The notes below the pieces were generated by a model. That model was not told the DNA's origin. It made no database searches and saw nothing but the letters and a program-made list of their open reading frames with translations. A stretch of 64,000 nt of DNA. Source: Acidimicrobiales bacterium (GTDB lineage: Bacteria; Actinomycetota; Acidimicrobiia; Acidimicrobiales; Bog-793). Both the position numbers and the translations under genes were made by a program. Shown here piece after piece: positions 10,891 through 19,424 of the stretch. The DNA lies in assembly GCA_050014835.1 (NCBI GenBank), contig JBEKCO010000010.1, forward strand, positions 2,927 to 66,926, written 5' to 3'. Within the stretch, counting starts at the first letter, position 1. The number at the start of each line of letters is the position of its first letter.

Positions 10891-12272
10891 CGCTCCGCCC
10901 CCCGGTCGGACGAGGCGGCGGAGAGGAGCGAGGCGACGAGCACCGGCAGGTCGGAGGCCTCGAGACCCTCGGCGAAGCCGATCGAGGCGGCCCGGCCGTG
11001 GACGTGGGCGGCCAGGCCCGCGGCCCGCAACGGATCGAGCCCCCGGGCGAGGAAGGCGCCGACCACACCGGAGAGCACGTCGCCCGTCCCGGCGGTCGAC
11101 AGCCGGGAGGAGCCGGCGCCCACGATCAGCGCCTCGCCACCCGGCGCGGCGACGACGGTCGCCGGTCCTTTGAGGAGGACGAACGCGCCGAGGCCGGCCG
11201 CGAGATCCCGGGCGGCCGCGAGGCGGTCCTTGCCGGGATCGGACCCGACGAGACGGGCGTACTCGCCGTCGTGCGGGGTGACGATCGTCGCGTGCCGGCG
11301 GTGCCGCAGGATCGCCGCCGCCGCCGTCACCGTGCCGAGGGCAGCGAGTCCGTCGGCGTCGATGACGACCGGGACCTCGGCCCGGCGGACGAGGTCGAGG
11401 ATGCCCTGGGTCGCGTCCGAGCCCCGCCCGAGCCCCGGCCCGACGACGAGCGCCTCGCAGCGGACGAGCTCGTCGAGCACCGCGCCGGCCCAGTCGGACC
11501 GCGGGATGGCGCGCGCGACCGCTTCGACGACCCCGATCGTGCCCGGCGCGACGCCCGGGGAGCCGAGGCGGACCATCCCCGCCCCCGCCCGGATCGCGCC
11601 GCTCGCGGCGAGGAAGGCGGCGCCGAACATGCCCGGGGAACCGGCGACGACGTAGACGGCGCTGTCCCACTTGTTGCCCTGCGGGTCACGGGAGGGGAGC
11701 CAACCGAGGTCGCCGTCCTCGACGAGGTGCTGGGCCGGGGTTCCGACTTCCAACCCGATCGGCTCGACGATGACCGCGCCGGCGAGCTCCGGCCCCCGGC
11801 CGAGGATGAGGCCGGGTTTCAGGGCGCCGAAGGTCACCGTCACGTCGGCACGCACCGCGCCGGGGGTCGCCCACCCGGTGTCGGCGACGAGCCCCGAGGG
11901 GACGTCGACGGCGAGGACGACGGCGCCTTCGGGGGGGCGCGGTGCCGTGTACTCCCCGTGGAAGCGGGTCCCGTACGCCGCGTCGATGACGAGGTCGCAC
12001 TCCCCGAGCACCTCGGGGGCGTCCGCCACCTCGTCCACCCTCACCCGCGCCCCGCGTCTCGAGAGAACGGCCGCGGCGACCCGGCCGTCGTCTCCGTTGT
12101 GGCCCTTGCCGGCGACGACGACGACCCGGCGGCCGTAGGTTCCCCCCATCGAGGCGACCGCCGCGCGGGCGACCGCGAACCCGGCCCGGGCGACGAGGGT
12201 CTCGAGACCGACCCGGCCCCGGGCCTCCTCGTCGACGGCCGCCATCTCCGCCGACGTAAGGACCGGCTTCAT
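10887..12272 (-). CDS. nnr: bifunctional NAD(P)H-hydrate repair enzyme Nnr (epimerase/dehydratase, YjeF)
   Basis: 461 aa, with an N-terminal YjeF_N domain (VVVVAGKGHNGDDGRVAA) and a C-terminal carbohydrate-kinase-like domain (GTGDVLSGVVGAFLARG). Confidence 0.85.
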   Translation of the reverse strand: MKPVLTSAEMAAVDEEARGRVGLETLVARAGFAVARAAVASMGGTYGRRVVVVAGKGHNGDDGRVAAAVLSRRGARVRVDEVADAPEVLGECDLVIDAAYGTRFHGEYTAPRPPEGAVVLAVDVPSGLVADTGWATPGAVRADVTVTFGALKPGLILGRGPELAGAVIVEPIGLEVGTPAQHLVEDGDLGWLPSRDPQGNKWDSAVYVVAGSPGMFGAAFLAASGAIRAGAGMVRLGSPGVAPGTIGVVEAVARAIPRSDWAGAVLDELVRCEALVVGPGLGRGSDATQGILDLVRRAEVPVVIDADGLAALGTVTAAAAILRHRRHATIVTPHDGEYARLVGSDPGKDRLAAARDLAAGLGAFVLLKGPATVVAAPGGEALIVGAGSSRLSTAGTGDVLSGVVGAFLARGLDPLRAAGLAAHVHGRAASIGFAEGLEASDLPVLVASLLSAASSDRGAER

Positions 12273-12308
12273 CGCGGGCTTCGGCGGCGCGGTCGGCGGG
12301 TCACGGCT

Positions 12309-12674
12309 TCATTCTGCGACAACGACGGCTCCGGCGTGCGTTGCCGTATGGGTGAGCGAGACCCGGAAGGCGTCGATCCCGAGGGCCGCGGCGCGCGCCG
12401 CGGCCCGCCCGGTGGTCACGAGCGACGGCGCGCCCGACGGCGCCTTCACGACGCCGATCTCGGCGAGGCGGACGGACCCGATGCCCACCCCGAGGGCCTT
12501 CATCGTCGCCTCTTTCGCCGCGAACCGCGCCGCGAGTCCCGGCACGGGGTCGGCACGACCGGCCATGTCGGCCCGTTCTCGGGGGGTAAACACGCGGTCG
12601 GCGAGTCGCGGATGGCGCCGCAGCGCGGCCCGGAACCGCTCGACGTCCACGGCGTCGAGCCCGATGCCGATCAT
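12309..12674 (-). CDS. acpS: holo-[acyl-carrier-protein] synthase
   Basis: 121 aa: MIGIGLDAVDVERFRAAL...FAAKEATMKALG...SLTHT. Confidence 0.85.
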   Translation of the reverse strand: MIGIGLDAVDVERFRAALRRHPRLADRVFTPRERADMAGRADPVPGLAARFAAKEATMKALGVGIGSVRLAEIGVVKAPSGAPSLVTTGRAAARAAALGIDAFRVSLTHTATHAGAVVVAE

Positions 12675-12717
12675 CGGCGCTCGTCGGCGGGCCGGGTTGG
12701 CCGCGGTCCCCCCGGAG

Positions 12718-14565
12718 TCACTCGACGGTCACGACCTTGGCGAGATTGCGCGGGCGGTCGACTTCGTTGCCGCGCGCCCGCGCGATGGCGTAGGCGAAGC
12801 ACTGCGTCGAGACGGCGGCGACGATCGGCGTGAGGAGCTCGAGCGTCGGCGGGACCTCCAGCACGGCGTCGACGAGCCCCGCCGTCTCGGCGTCGTCCTC
12901 GTCGGCGATCGCGACAATCGTCGCGCCCCGGGCGCGCATCTCCTCGACGTTCGCCATCACCTTCTCCCACAGACCAGAGCGCGTCGCCACGACGACGACG
13001 ACGACACCGGGTTCGATGAGCGAGATCGGTCCGTGCTTCATCTCGCCGGCCGGATAGGCCTCGGCGCGCACGTAGGCGAGCTCCTTCAGCTTCAGCGCGC
13101 CCTCCATGGCGATCGGCAGCCCGGAACGACGGCCGAGGAAGTAGACGTCGTCGACCGCGGCGAACCGCCGGGCGACGTCCATGTACTCGTCGGAGCGCGC
13201 GACCGCCCGGGCGACGAGCGCGGGCATCGACGCGAGCCCGTCGGCGACGGCCCGTCCCTCGGCGCCGTCGATCGTGCCCCGCGCCCGCGCGAGGTGGAGC
13301 GCCAGCACCTGGAGCAGAGCGAGCTGGGCGATGTGGCACTTCGTCGACGCCACGCCGATCTCCGGCCCGGCGTGCGTGTAGCAGACGCCGTCAGACTCGC
13401 GCGCCATGACGGAGTCGACGACGTTCGACACGGTGATGACCGCGGCCCCACGCCGGCGCGCCTCGCGGATCGCGTGCAGCGAGTCGATGGTCTCACCAGA
13501 CTGGCTCACGGCGACGACGAGCGTCTCCGGGCCGACGACCGAGAGCCGGTAGCGGAACTCGCTCGAGATCTCGGCGTCGGCGTGGACGCGCGCCCAGGTC
13601 TCGACCGACTGCCGCCCGATGAGTGCGGCGTGGTAACTCGACCCGCACCCGAGGAACAAAAGGCGCGAGTACGCCGCCAGCACGTCGGGCGCGATCGCCA
13701 GCTCCTCGATCTCCGTCACGCCGTCGGCCGTGATCCGACCGAGCAGCGTCTGGGCGATCGCGTGCGGCTGCTCGTGGATCTCCTTGGACATGTAGTCGTC
13801 GTAGCCGTCCTTCTTCGCATCGGCGACGCTCCAGGAAACTTCGTGGCGCCGGAGCTCGACCGGGTTGCCGACGAGATCGCAGGCCTCGACGGTTCCGGGC
13901 CGGATCTCAGCGACCTCATCGTCATCGAGCAGGTACAGCTGGCGCGTCGCGCCAACGAGGGCCGCGATGTCCGAGGCGACGAGCCCGACGTGGTCGGTGA
14001 GGCCGATGACGATCGGCGAGGTCCGGCGGGCGACGACGATCGTGTCGGGTTCGCCGAGCGCGACGACGGCGAGCGCGAAATCCCCCCGCAGGATCGCCAT
14101 CGATCGGCGCACCGCCTCCCGCAGGCCGGCACCTCCCGCGATCTCCGCCTCGACGAGGTGGGCGATCACCTCGGTGTCCGTGTCCGAAACGAGCACGTGG
14201 CCGTTCGCGACGAGCGCGGCGGCGAGCTCGCGGTGGTTTTCGATGATGCCGTTGTGCACGATGGCGACGGTCCCGGTGCAGTCGACCTGCGGGTGGGCGT
14301 TGCGCTCGCTCGGCGCCCCGTGGGTCGCCCAGCGCGTGTGCCCGATGGCCGCGCCCCCGGTGACCGGCATGTCGGCGAGCATCGAGCGCAGCTTCTCGAC
14401 CGAGCGCGTCGCCTCGGCGACGCGCACGACGCGGAGCTCGCTCGATTCCGGGTCGACGAAGGCGACCCCGGCCGAGTCGTAGCCGCGGTACTCGAGCGAC
14501 CCGAGCCCCGTGAGGATGGCGCCGAGCGGTTCAGCGGTTCCCGTGATCCCGAAGATTCCGCACAT
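12718..14565 (-). CDS. glmS: glutamine--fructose-6-phosphate aminotransferase
   Basis: 615 aa: MCGIFGITG... with an N-terminal nucleophile Cys, two SIS domains and the C-terminal ...LAKVVTVE. Confidence 0.95.
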   Translation of the reverse strand: MCGIFGITGTAEPLGAILTGLGSLEYRGYDSAGVAFVDPESSELRVVRVAEATRSVEKLRSMLADMPVTGGAAIGHTRWATHGAPSERNAHPQVDCTGTVAIVHNGIIENHRELAAALVANGHVLVSDTDTEVIAHLVEAEIAGGAGLREAVRRSMAILRGDFALAVVALGEPDTIVVARRTSPIVIGLTDHVGLVASDIAALVGATRQLYLLDDDEVAEIRPGTVEACDLVGNPVELRRHEVSWSVADAKKDGYDDYMSKEIHEQPHAIAQTLLGRITADGVTEIEELAIAPDVLAAYSRLLFLGCGSSYHAALIGRQSVETWARVHADAEISSEFRYRLSVVGPETLVVAVSQSGETIDSLHAIREARRRGAAVITVSNVVDSVMARESDGVCYTHAGPEIGVASTKCHIAQLALLQVLALHLARARGTIDGAEGRAVADGLASMPALVARAVARSDEYMDVARRFAAVDDVYFLGRRSGLPIAMEGALKLKELAYVRAEAYPAGEMKHGPISLIEPGVVVVVVATRSGLWEKVMANVEEMRARGATIVAIADEDDAETAGLVDAVLEVPPTLELLTPIVAAVSTQCFAYAIARARGNEVDRPRNLAKVVTVE

Positions 14566-14634
14566 GGCCCCAGGCTACGGGATCACCGTTCGCGGCGGGG
14601 GACGGGTGCGCGCGGTTCCCGCCATGCCGCCATC

Positions 14635-15966
14635 TCAGGCGGATCCGAGCTCGCGCTCCACGACGGCGACGATGCGGCGGACCGCCCGCTCGACGGCGCC
14701 GGCGCTGTCGGCCTCGACCATCACCCGCACGGCCGACTCCGTCCCGCTCGGGCGCAAAAGGACCCGTCCGGAGTCGCCGAGTTCGCGCTCCACCACCGCC
14801 ACCTCCTGCCACACCGCCGGGGCGTCGTCGAGCCGGCCCGGGTCCGCCACGACGACGTTGCGAAGGGTCTGGGGGACGCGCGTCATCGCCTCGCAGGCGA
14901 GCTCGGCGAGCGGGCGGCCGAGCCGGCAGACGAGCTCGACGAGCTTCAACCCGGTGAGGATCCCGTCGCCGGTCGTCCCGTCCCGCCGGAAGACGATGTG
15001 GCCGGACTGCTCGCCCCCGAGCACGAGGCCGTCACGTTCGAGTGCCTCGGCGACGAACCGGTCGCCGACCGGCGTCTCGACGACCCCGATGCCGTGGACC
15101 GCGAGCGCCCGGCGGAGCCCGAGGTTGCTCATCACGGTGACGACGATCGCGTCGTTGTCGAGCATGCCCCGCGCGTGCAGGTCGAAAGCGAAAAGGGCGA
15201 GGAGCGCGTCGCCGTCGACGACCCCGCCGGCGTGGTCGACGGCGATCATCCGGTCGGCGTCGCCGTCGAAGGCGATGCCCAAGTCGGCGTGCCGGCGAAC
15301 GACCTCTCCACCGACGAACTCGGGCCGGGTCGCCCCGCAGCCGGCGTTGATGTTCACCCCGTCCGGCTCGGCGCCGACGAACTCGACCTCGAGACCGAGG
15401 GCCCCGAACACGGCAGGCGCGACGGACGAGGCCGCCCCGTTGCCGCAGTCGCACACGACGTGGAGACGGCTTCCCGAGGGGATCGCGGCCGCCCCGGCGA
15501 GGTGTTCCGCGTACTCGGCGACGGCGCCACGGCCGTCGACGATCTTGCCGACCGCGCCGCTGGCGACCGTCGAGCCGACGAGACGATCGATCTCGAATTC
15601 GATCGCGCGCTCGGTGGCGTCGGGGATCTTCGTCCCCGACGACGAGATCAGCTTGATGCCGTTGTCCGCGAAGGGGTTGTGCGACGCCGAGACCATCACG
15701 CCAGGCATGGTCCGGCGCGCCGCGAGCCAGGCGAGGCCCGGCGTCGGCACGACGCCGACGTCGACCACCGCTCGCCCCTCGGCCGCGAGCCCCGCCGAAA
15801 GCGCGCCTTTCAACACCGGTCCCGAGATCCGCGTATCGGAACCGACGAGGAAGCCCGCGTCCCCGAGGTGGCGGGCCGCGGCGCGGCCGACCACGAGCGC
15901 GATTTCCGGAGTCAGCTCGCTGTTCGCGACACCTCGGATGCCGTCGGTGCCAAACCGCAACAACAT
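14635..15966 (-). CDS. glmM: phosphoglucosamine mutase
   Basis: 443 aa: MLLRFGTDGIRGVAN...SASHNPFADNGIK (active-site Ser loop). Confidence 0.93.
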   Translation of the reverse strand: MLLRFGTDGIRGVANSELTPEIALVVGRAAARHLGDAGFLVGSDTRISGPVLKGALSAGLAAEGRAVVDVGVVPTPGLAWLAARRTMPGVMVSASHNPFADNGIKLISSSGTKIPDATERAIEFEIDRLVGSTVASGAVGKIVDGRGAVAEYAEHLAGAAAIPSGSRLHVVCDCGNGAASSVAPAVFGALGLEVEFVGAEPDGVNINAGCGATRPEFVGGEVVRRHADLGIAFDGDADRMIAVDHAGGVVDGDALLALFAFDLHARGMLDNDAIVVTVMSNLGLRRALAVHGIGVVETPVGDRFVAEALERDGLVLGGEQSGHIVFRRDGTTGDGILTGLKLVELVCRLGRPLAELACEAMTRVPQTLRNVVVADPGRLDDAPAVWQEVAVVERELGDSGRVLLRPSGTESAVRVMVEADSAGAVERAVRRIVAVVERELGSA

Positions 15967-15982
15967 CGGCAGCCGACTTGGG

Positions 15983-16375
15983 TCAGCGCTTCGAGTACTG
16001 GGGGGCTTTGCGGGCTTTCTTCAAGCCGTACTTCTTGCTCTCCTTCTCGCGGCTGTCGCGGGTGAGGAGTCCGGCACGCTTCAAGGTGGTGCGCAACTCC
16101 GGCTCGACCTCGATGAGCCCGCGGGCGATGCCGAGGCGCAGCGCACCGGCCTGTCCGGCGACTCCGCCTCCGTCGATCGTCGCGATGACGTCGAAGTTCT
16201 CGGCGCGCCCGGCGACGCGCAGCGGTTCGGTGGCGTGCATCCGGTTCGAGACCGAGGAGAAGTACTCCTCGAGCGGACGGCGGTTCACGGTCACCTTGCC
16301 CTCGCCCGGGACGAAGCGGACTCGCGCGACGGCGGCCTTACGGCGTCCGGTCACCTGACACAGCGGTGCGGGCAT
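15983..16375 (-). CDS. rpsI: 30S ribosomal protein S9
   Basis: Internal ATG of ORF 15983..16444 gives [21 protein letters not shown]...[12 protein letters not shown] (130 aa). Confidence 0.93.
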   Translation of the reverse strand: MPAPLCQVTGRRKAAVARVRFVPGEGKVTVNRRPLEEYFSSVSNRMHATEPLRVAGRAENFDVIATIDGGGVAGQAGALRLGIARGLIEVEPELRTTLKRAGLLTRDSREKESKKYGLKKARKAPQYSKR

Positions 16376-16388
16376 GACTGGCTCCTCG

Positions 16389-16838
16389 CTACGAGGCCGA
16401 CCGCGCCCGCTCGAGCGGGCGCGGCTTGGGTGACTGGGCGGCATGCGGATGGTCCGGACCCGCGTAGACCTTGAGTTTCGTCAGCATCTTCCGACCGAGC
16501 GTGCCCTTCGGCAGCATGCCGGCGACGGCGCGGCGCACGACCTCCTCGGGCTTGGTCTCGAGCAGGCTGGCGAACGTCGTCGCCGTGAGCCCGCCCGGGT
16601 AGCCGCTGTGGCGATACGACTTCTTCTTCTCGGCCTTGCCCGACGTGAGGACGACCTTCGCCGCGTTCACGACGATGACGTGGTCACCGGTGTCGACGTG
16701 CAGGGCGAAGATCGGCTTGTGCTTGCCACGCAAGAGGCTCGCCGCCTCGGTCGCCAGCCGGCCGAGGACGAGGCCGTCCGCGTCGATGGTGTGCCATTCG
16801 CGGACGATGTCGCTCGATTTCGGGGAGAAAGTGCGCAC
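16389..16838 (-). CDS. rplM: 50S ribosomal protein L13
   Basis: GTG at 16838 preceded by AAAGGATGG. Reads [42 protein letters not shown]... (149 aa). Confidence 0.92.
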   Translation of the reverse strand: MRTFSPKSSDIVREWHTIDADGLVLGRLATEAASLLRGKHKPIFALHVDTGDHVIVVNAAKVVLTSGKAEKKKSYRHSGYPGGLTATTFASLLETKPEEVVRRAVAGMLPKGTLGRKMLTKLKVYAGPDHPHAAQSPKPRPLERARSAS

Positions 16839-17023
16839 TGCCCATCCTTTGCCCGCGAGTGTGGCCACGGCGTCACCGTGAGGCCGAGTGCGCGCATCGA
16901 TGTCCGATTTTGCACTCTGGCCGGGTTGTAAGGCTAGATGACCTGCTCGGACGGTGCAAACGACCCGGCCGGCCCTCTCGGGCCTTTCCGCCGCCGACAC
17001 CCGTACCTGGCATTCAGGAGCGC

Positions 17024-17713
17024 TTGTGGCGAGTCTACCGTGGAGGCGTGAAGAAACGGGACCGCGCCGCGGCCTTCGCCCGGGACGCGCACCCGGCCGC
17101 GGACGCGGTGCCGACCGACGATCCCTACGACGCTGCGGTCCGCGATCTTGCCCTGCGCGAGCGCGACCGGATCCTCGACTCGCTGAACGCGAGCACCGGG
17201 CTCTCGAACCGGGCCCAACTCATCGACGCGGCCGTCGCCCTCGCCGGGACGGCGTCGGCGGAGTGGTACCTGACGGCGCAGATCGCCGCGGCGGGCGGCG
17301 GCGGGCCCGGGCTCGGCAATCTGGTGCGCCGGCGGGCGAAGGCCGGACGAGCGCTCACCGCGGACGAATTCGTCTTCGTCGCCGCGGTCTGCACGTTCTT
17401 CTACCTGTTCGGCGTCATGGCGGACCGCGACCGCCTCGGGGCGGCGCGCACCTTCGTGAAAGAGATCGGTGCGCCGGAGGCGCTCGGCGACGTGGCACGC
17501 GAGCTCGAGTACGCCTACCCGACCCGCCGGAAGTCGCCGCGGCCGAAAACCACCCTTTTGGAGTACCTGGCCCGCGCCGACGAGCGCCTCGCCGGCTTCC
17601 TCAACGTCGACAACCACCCCGGCCTCAGCCCCGGGCAGGCGGCGACGGTCATGGAGCGTTTCGGGACCCTCTACCACGAGAACGTCGTTCCGGTCATCTC
17701 CCGCCTGAGATGA
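17024..17713 (+). CDS. hypothetical protein (orphan, no family recognised)
   Basis: The + frame of ORF 16859..17713 has G/C-ending codons and a balanced composition (…[40 protein letters not shown]…[25 protein letters not shown]…[43 protein letters not shown]…). The antisense ORF 16934..17737 is Arg/Gly noise. The start is ambiguous: TTG 17024 (AGGAG 3 nt upstream) or GTG 17048 (GGAGG 1 nt upstream). Confidence 0.6.
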   Translation: MWRVYRGGVKKRDRAAAFARDAHPAADAVPTDDPYDAAVRDLALRERDRILDSLNASTGLSNRAQLIDAAVALAGTASAEWYLTAQIAAAGGGGPGLGNLVRRRAKAGRALTADEFVFVAAVCTFFYLFGVMADRDRLGAARTFVKEIGAPEALGDVARELEYAYPTRRKSPRPKTTLLEYLARADERLAGFLNVDNHPGLSPGQAATVMERFGTLYHENVVPVISRLR

Positions 17714-17714
17714 C

Positions 17715-17733
17715 CCCGGGCCGGTCGCCCGGG
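17715..17733. terminator. GC hairpin between convergent genes (possible bidirectional terminator)
   Basis: CCCGGGC-cggtc-GCCCGGG, a 7-bp perfect stem, fills the 24-nt gap between the stops at 17713 (+) and 17738 (-). There is no U-tract. Confidence 0.4.
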
Positions 17734-17737
17734 CCAC

Positions 17738-18910
17738 CTAGCGCCGGAGCGCCCGGATCGTCTCCTCGGCGAGCTCGAGGTACTGGGACGCGACGAGCTC
17801 GAAGGAGGCTTCGCGGCGCACGAAGTCGCGGGCCGCGTCACCGGCCATGCGGGCCGACTCCGGCGCGGCGAGCACGTCCCGCATCCGCTGGGCGAGCGCG
17901 GCGTCCTCGCCCTCGTCGACCGGCACCCGCCAGCAGAACCGCCCGTCGATCTGCTCGTATTGGGGCACGTCCGAGGTGATCACCAGTCGGCCGATCCCGA
18001 AGGCCTCCATCATCGGCCCGCTCGTCTCGCCGAGCGTCGGCCAGCGCAGGGCGATGACGGCGTCGCAGTCGGCGATGAGCCGCGTCATCTCGTCGCCCGG
18101 CACGTCGATCCGCAGCTGCGCCGCGCCGTCGAGACCCCTGTCCGCGAGTCGCGCCCGCATCGCGGCGACGAACCGCCCGCCCTCGTCCGACCGCCCGCAG
18201 ACCACGAGCCGGGCCCCGGGGAAGTCCTCGTGGACGGCGGCGAAGGCGTCGATCACGTGGGCGGTCCTCTTCGGCGGCGTGACCCCGCCGAACGCGCCGA
18301 ACGTCACCGTCGCTTCGGAGACGCGCCGCTCCGGCTCCGGGGCCGCGACGACGGCCGCGTGGTGCCGGTGCACGATGCGCGCCGCCGGGTAGCGGGCGCG
18401 GAAGGCGTCGCGGATCCACGCGCTGTGCACGATCGTCAGCGCGCTCGCCTCGACGACCCGGCGGGCGAGCGGCAAACGGAGCCAGTCCACCTCGACACGA
18501 CCGTCGACGTAGCGCACCGGGAGGGCGACCTCGGCCTCCGGGCTGTCGAAACGGGCCTCCTGGCGGAAAAGCGTCGAGCCGTACCCGCCGCACAGGTCGA
18601 GGTGGAGGTCGGGCAGCGCCGGGTCGTGGAGCACGAGGATCCCGGGACGCCGACGGATCGCTTCGAGCATGTAGGCGTGGAACCGGGCCTGGTTGCCGAG
18701 GTGGTAGACGTCGAGGTCGGCCGCGTCGGGGTCGTAGTCGGAACGCGCGACCACCGCGACCCCGGCGGGGGCTCGGGCGGACGGCGCCGTGTCGTCGCGC
18801 ACGACGACAACGATCTCGGCTTGCCGGGCGAGCTGGGCGACCAGCCGAAAGGAGTAGTCGGCGACTCCGCTGCGTTGCGGGGGCAGCGGCGTCCAGACGG
18901 CGAGCTTCAA
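17738..18910 (-). CDS. GT-B glycosyltransferase, family 4-like (single domain)
   Basis: 390 aa: (M)KLAVWTPLPPQRSGVADYSF...ALTIVHSAW...IALRWPTLGETSGPMMEAFGIGRLVITSDVPQY. The TTG start overlaps the upstream stop (TTGA). It is a paralogue of the N-terminal half of 19425..21854. Confidence 0.8.
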   Translation of the reverse strand: MKLAVWTPLPPQRSGVADYSFRLVAQLARQAEIVVVVRDDTAPSARAPAGVAVVARSDYDPDAADLDVYHLGNQARFHAYMLEAIRRRPGILVLHDPALPDLHLDLCGGYGSTLFRQEARFDSPEAEVALPVRYVDGRVEVDWLRLPLARRVVEASALTIVHSAWIRDAFRARYPAARIVHRHHAAVVAAPEPERRVSEATVTFGAFGGVTPPKRTAHVIDAFAAVHEDFPGARLVVCGRSDEGGRFVAAMRARLADRGLDGAAQLRIDVPGDEMTRLIADCDAVIALRWPTLGETSGPMMEAFGIGRLVITSDVPQYEQIDGRFCWRVPVDEGEDAALAQRMRDVLAAPESARMAGDAARDFVRREASFELVASQYLELAEETIRALRR

Positions 18911-19374
18911 GACGGCGCGACCCGGCCGGGCGCTCTCGTGGGTTCCGTCGCCCGCCCCCCGGCGCGCCGCGCCGTCAGGCCGAGCTCACGCCGGATGCAA
19001 CCGACGGCCTCGTCGATGCCGTCGAGCGCCTGGCGTTGCGCCAGCTCGACCTCCTGGTGGACGAGATCACGATCGATCATCGCCTCGTCGAGACGCGCGT
19101 GCAGCTCGTCGATCCGGGAGGCGAGCACGGCGAACTGGTCGGTGGTCGACGCGCCGAGCGCCCTCGTCTGGGCGACGAGCGAGTCCCGGATCGTCACGAG
19201 CTCGGCGAGCAGCTCGAGGTTGTAGACCGTCTGGCGCCGGAAGAAGGGACGGCATACCGCGGCGACGACCCGCTTCGCGAAGCGATGACGCTCTCCCGGC
19301 GTGGCCGGCGGGTCGAGACGGGCGTTCGCGTTCGCCGCGACCCAGTGGCTCGACTCCCCCGCCGGTTCGGTCAC
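18907..19374 (-). CDS. hypothetical coiled-coil protein, paralogue of the N-terminal domain of the adjacent methyltransferase
   Basis: 155 aa, GTG start with AAGGAG 7 nt upstream. HRFAKRVVAAVCRPFFRRQTVYNLELLAELV and IDRDLVHQEVELAQRQALDGIDEAVGCIRRELG match HWKLVRRFVARLCWPMLRHQVDFNRELLGEMV and WDRDLLRDEVELAHQQSFARLHDAVGIIRTEMG of 21877..23061. Confidence 0.65.
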   Translation of the reverse strand: MTEPAGESSHWVAANANARLDPPATPGERHRFAKRVVAAVCRPFFRRQTVYNLELLAELVTIRDSLVAQTRALGASTTDQFAVLASRIDELHARLDEAMIDRDLVHQEVELAQRQALDGIDEAVGCIRRELGLTARRAGGRATEPTRAPGRVAPS

Positions 19375-19424
19375 CCGGTCGCTCCTTCGCGCGGTTCCCA
19401 GGCCGATACGCCCGAAAGCCCAGA

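Noticed and set aside
14566-14634. Possible glmS ribozyme upstream of glmS
   Set aside because: Only 69 nt separate glmS from glmM, which is too short for the ribozyme. The element is not expected in this lineage.
12352-16065. 1237-aa plus-strand ORF, the longest in the track
   Set aside because: It is antisense to glmS and glmM, both of which are full-length and canonical. Its composition (R, D, G, P runs) is typical of a GC-rich shadow frame.
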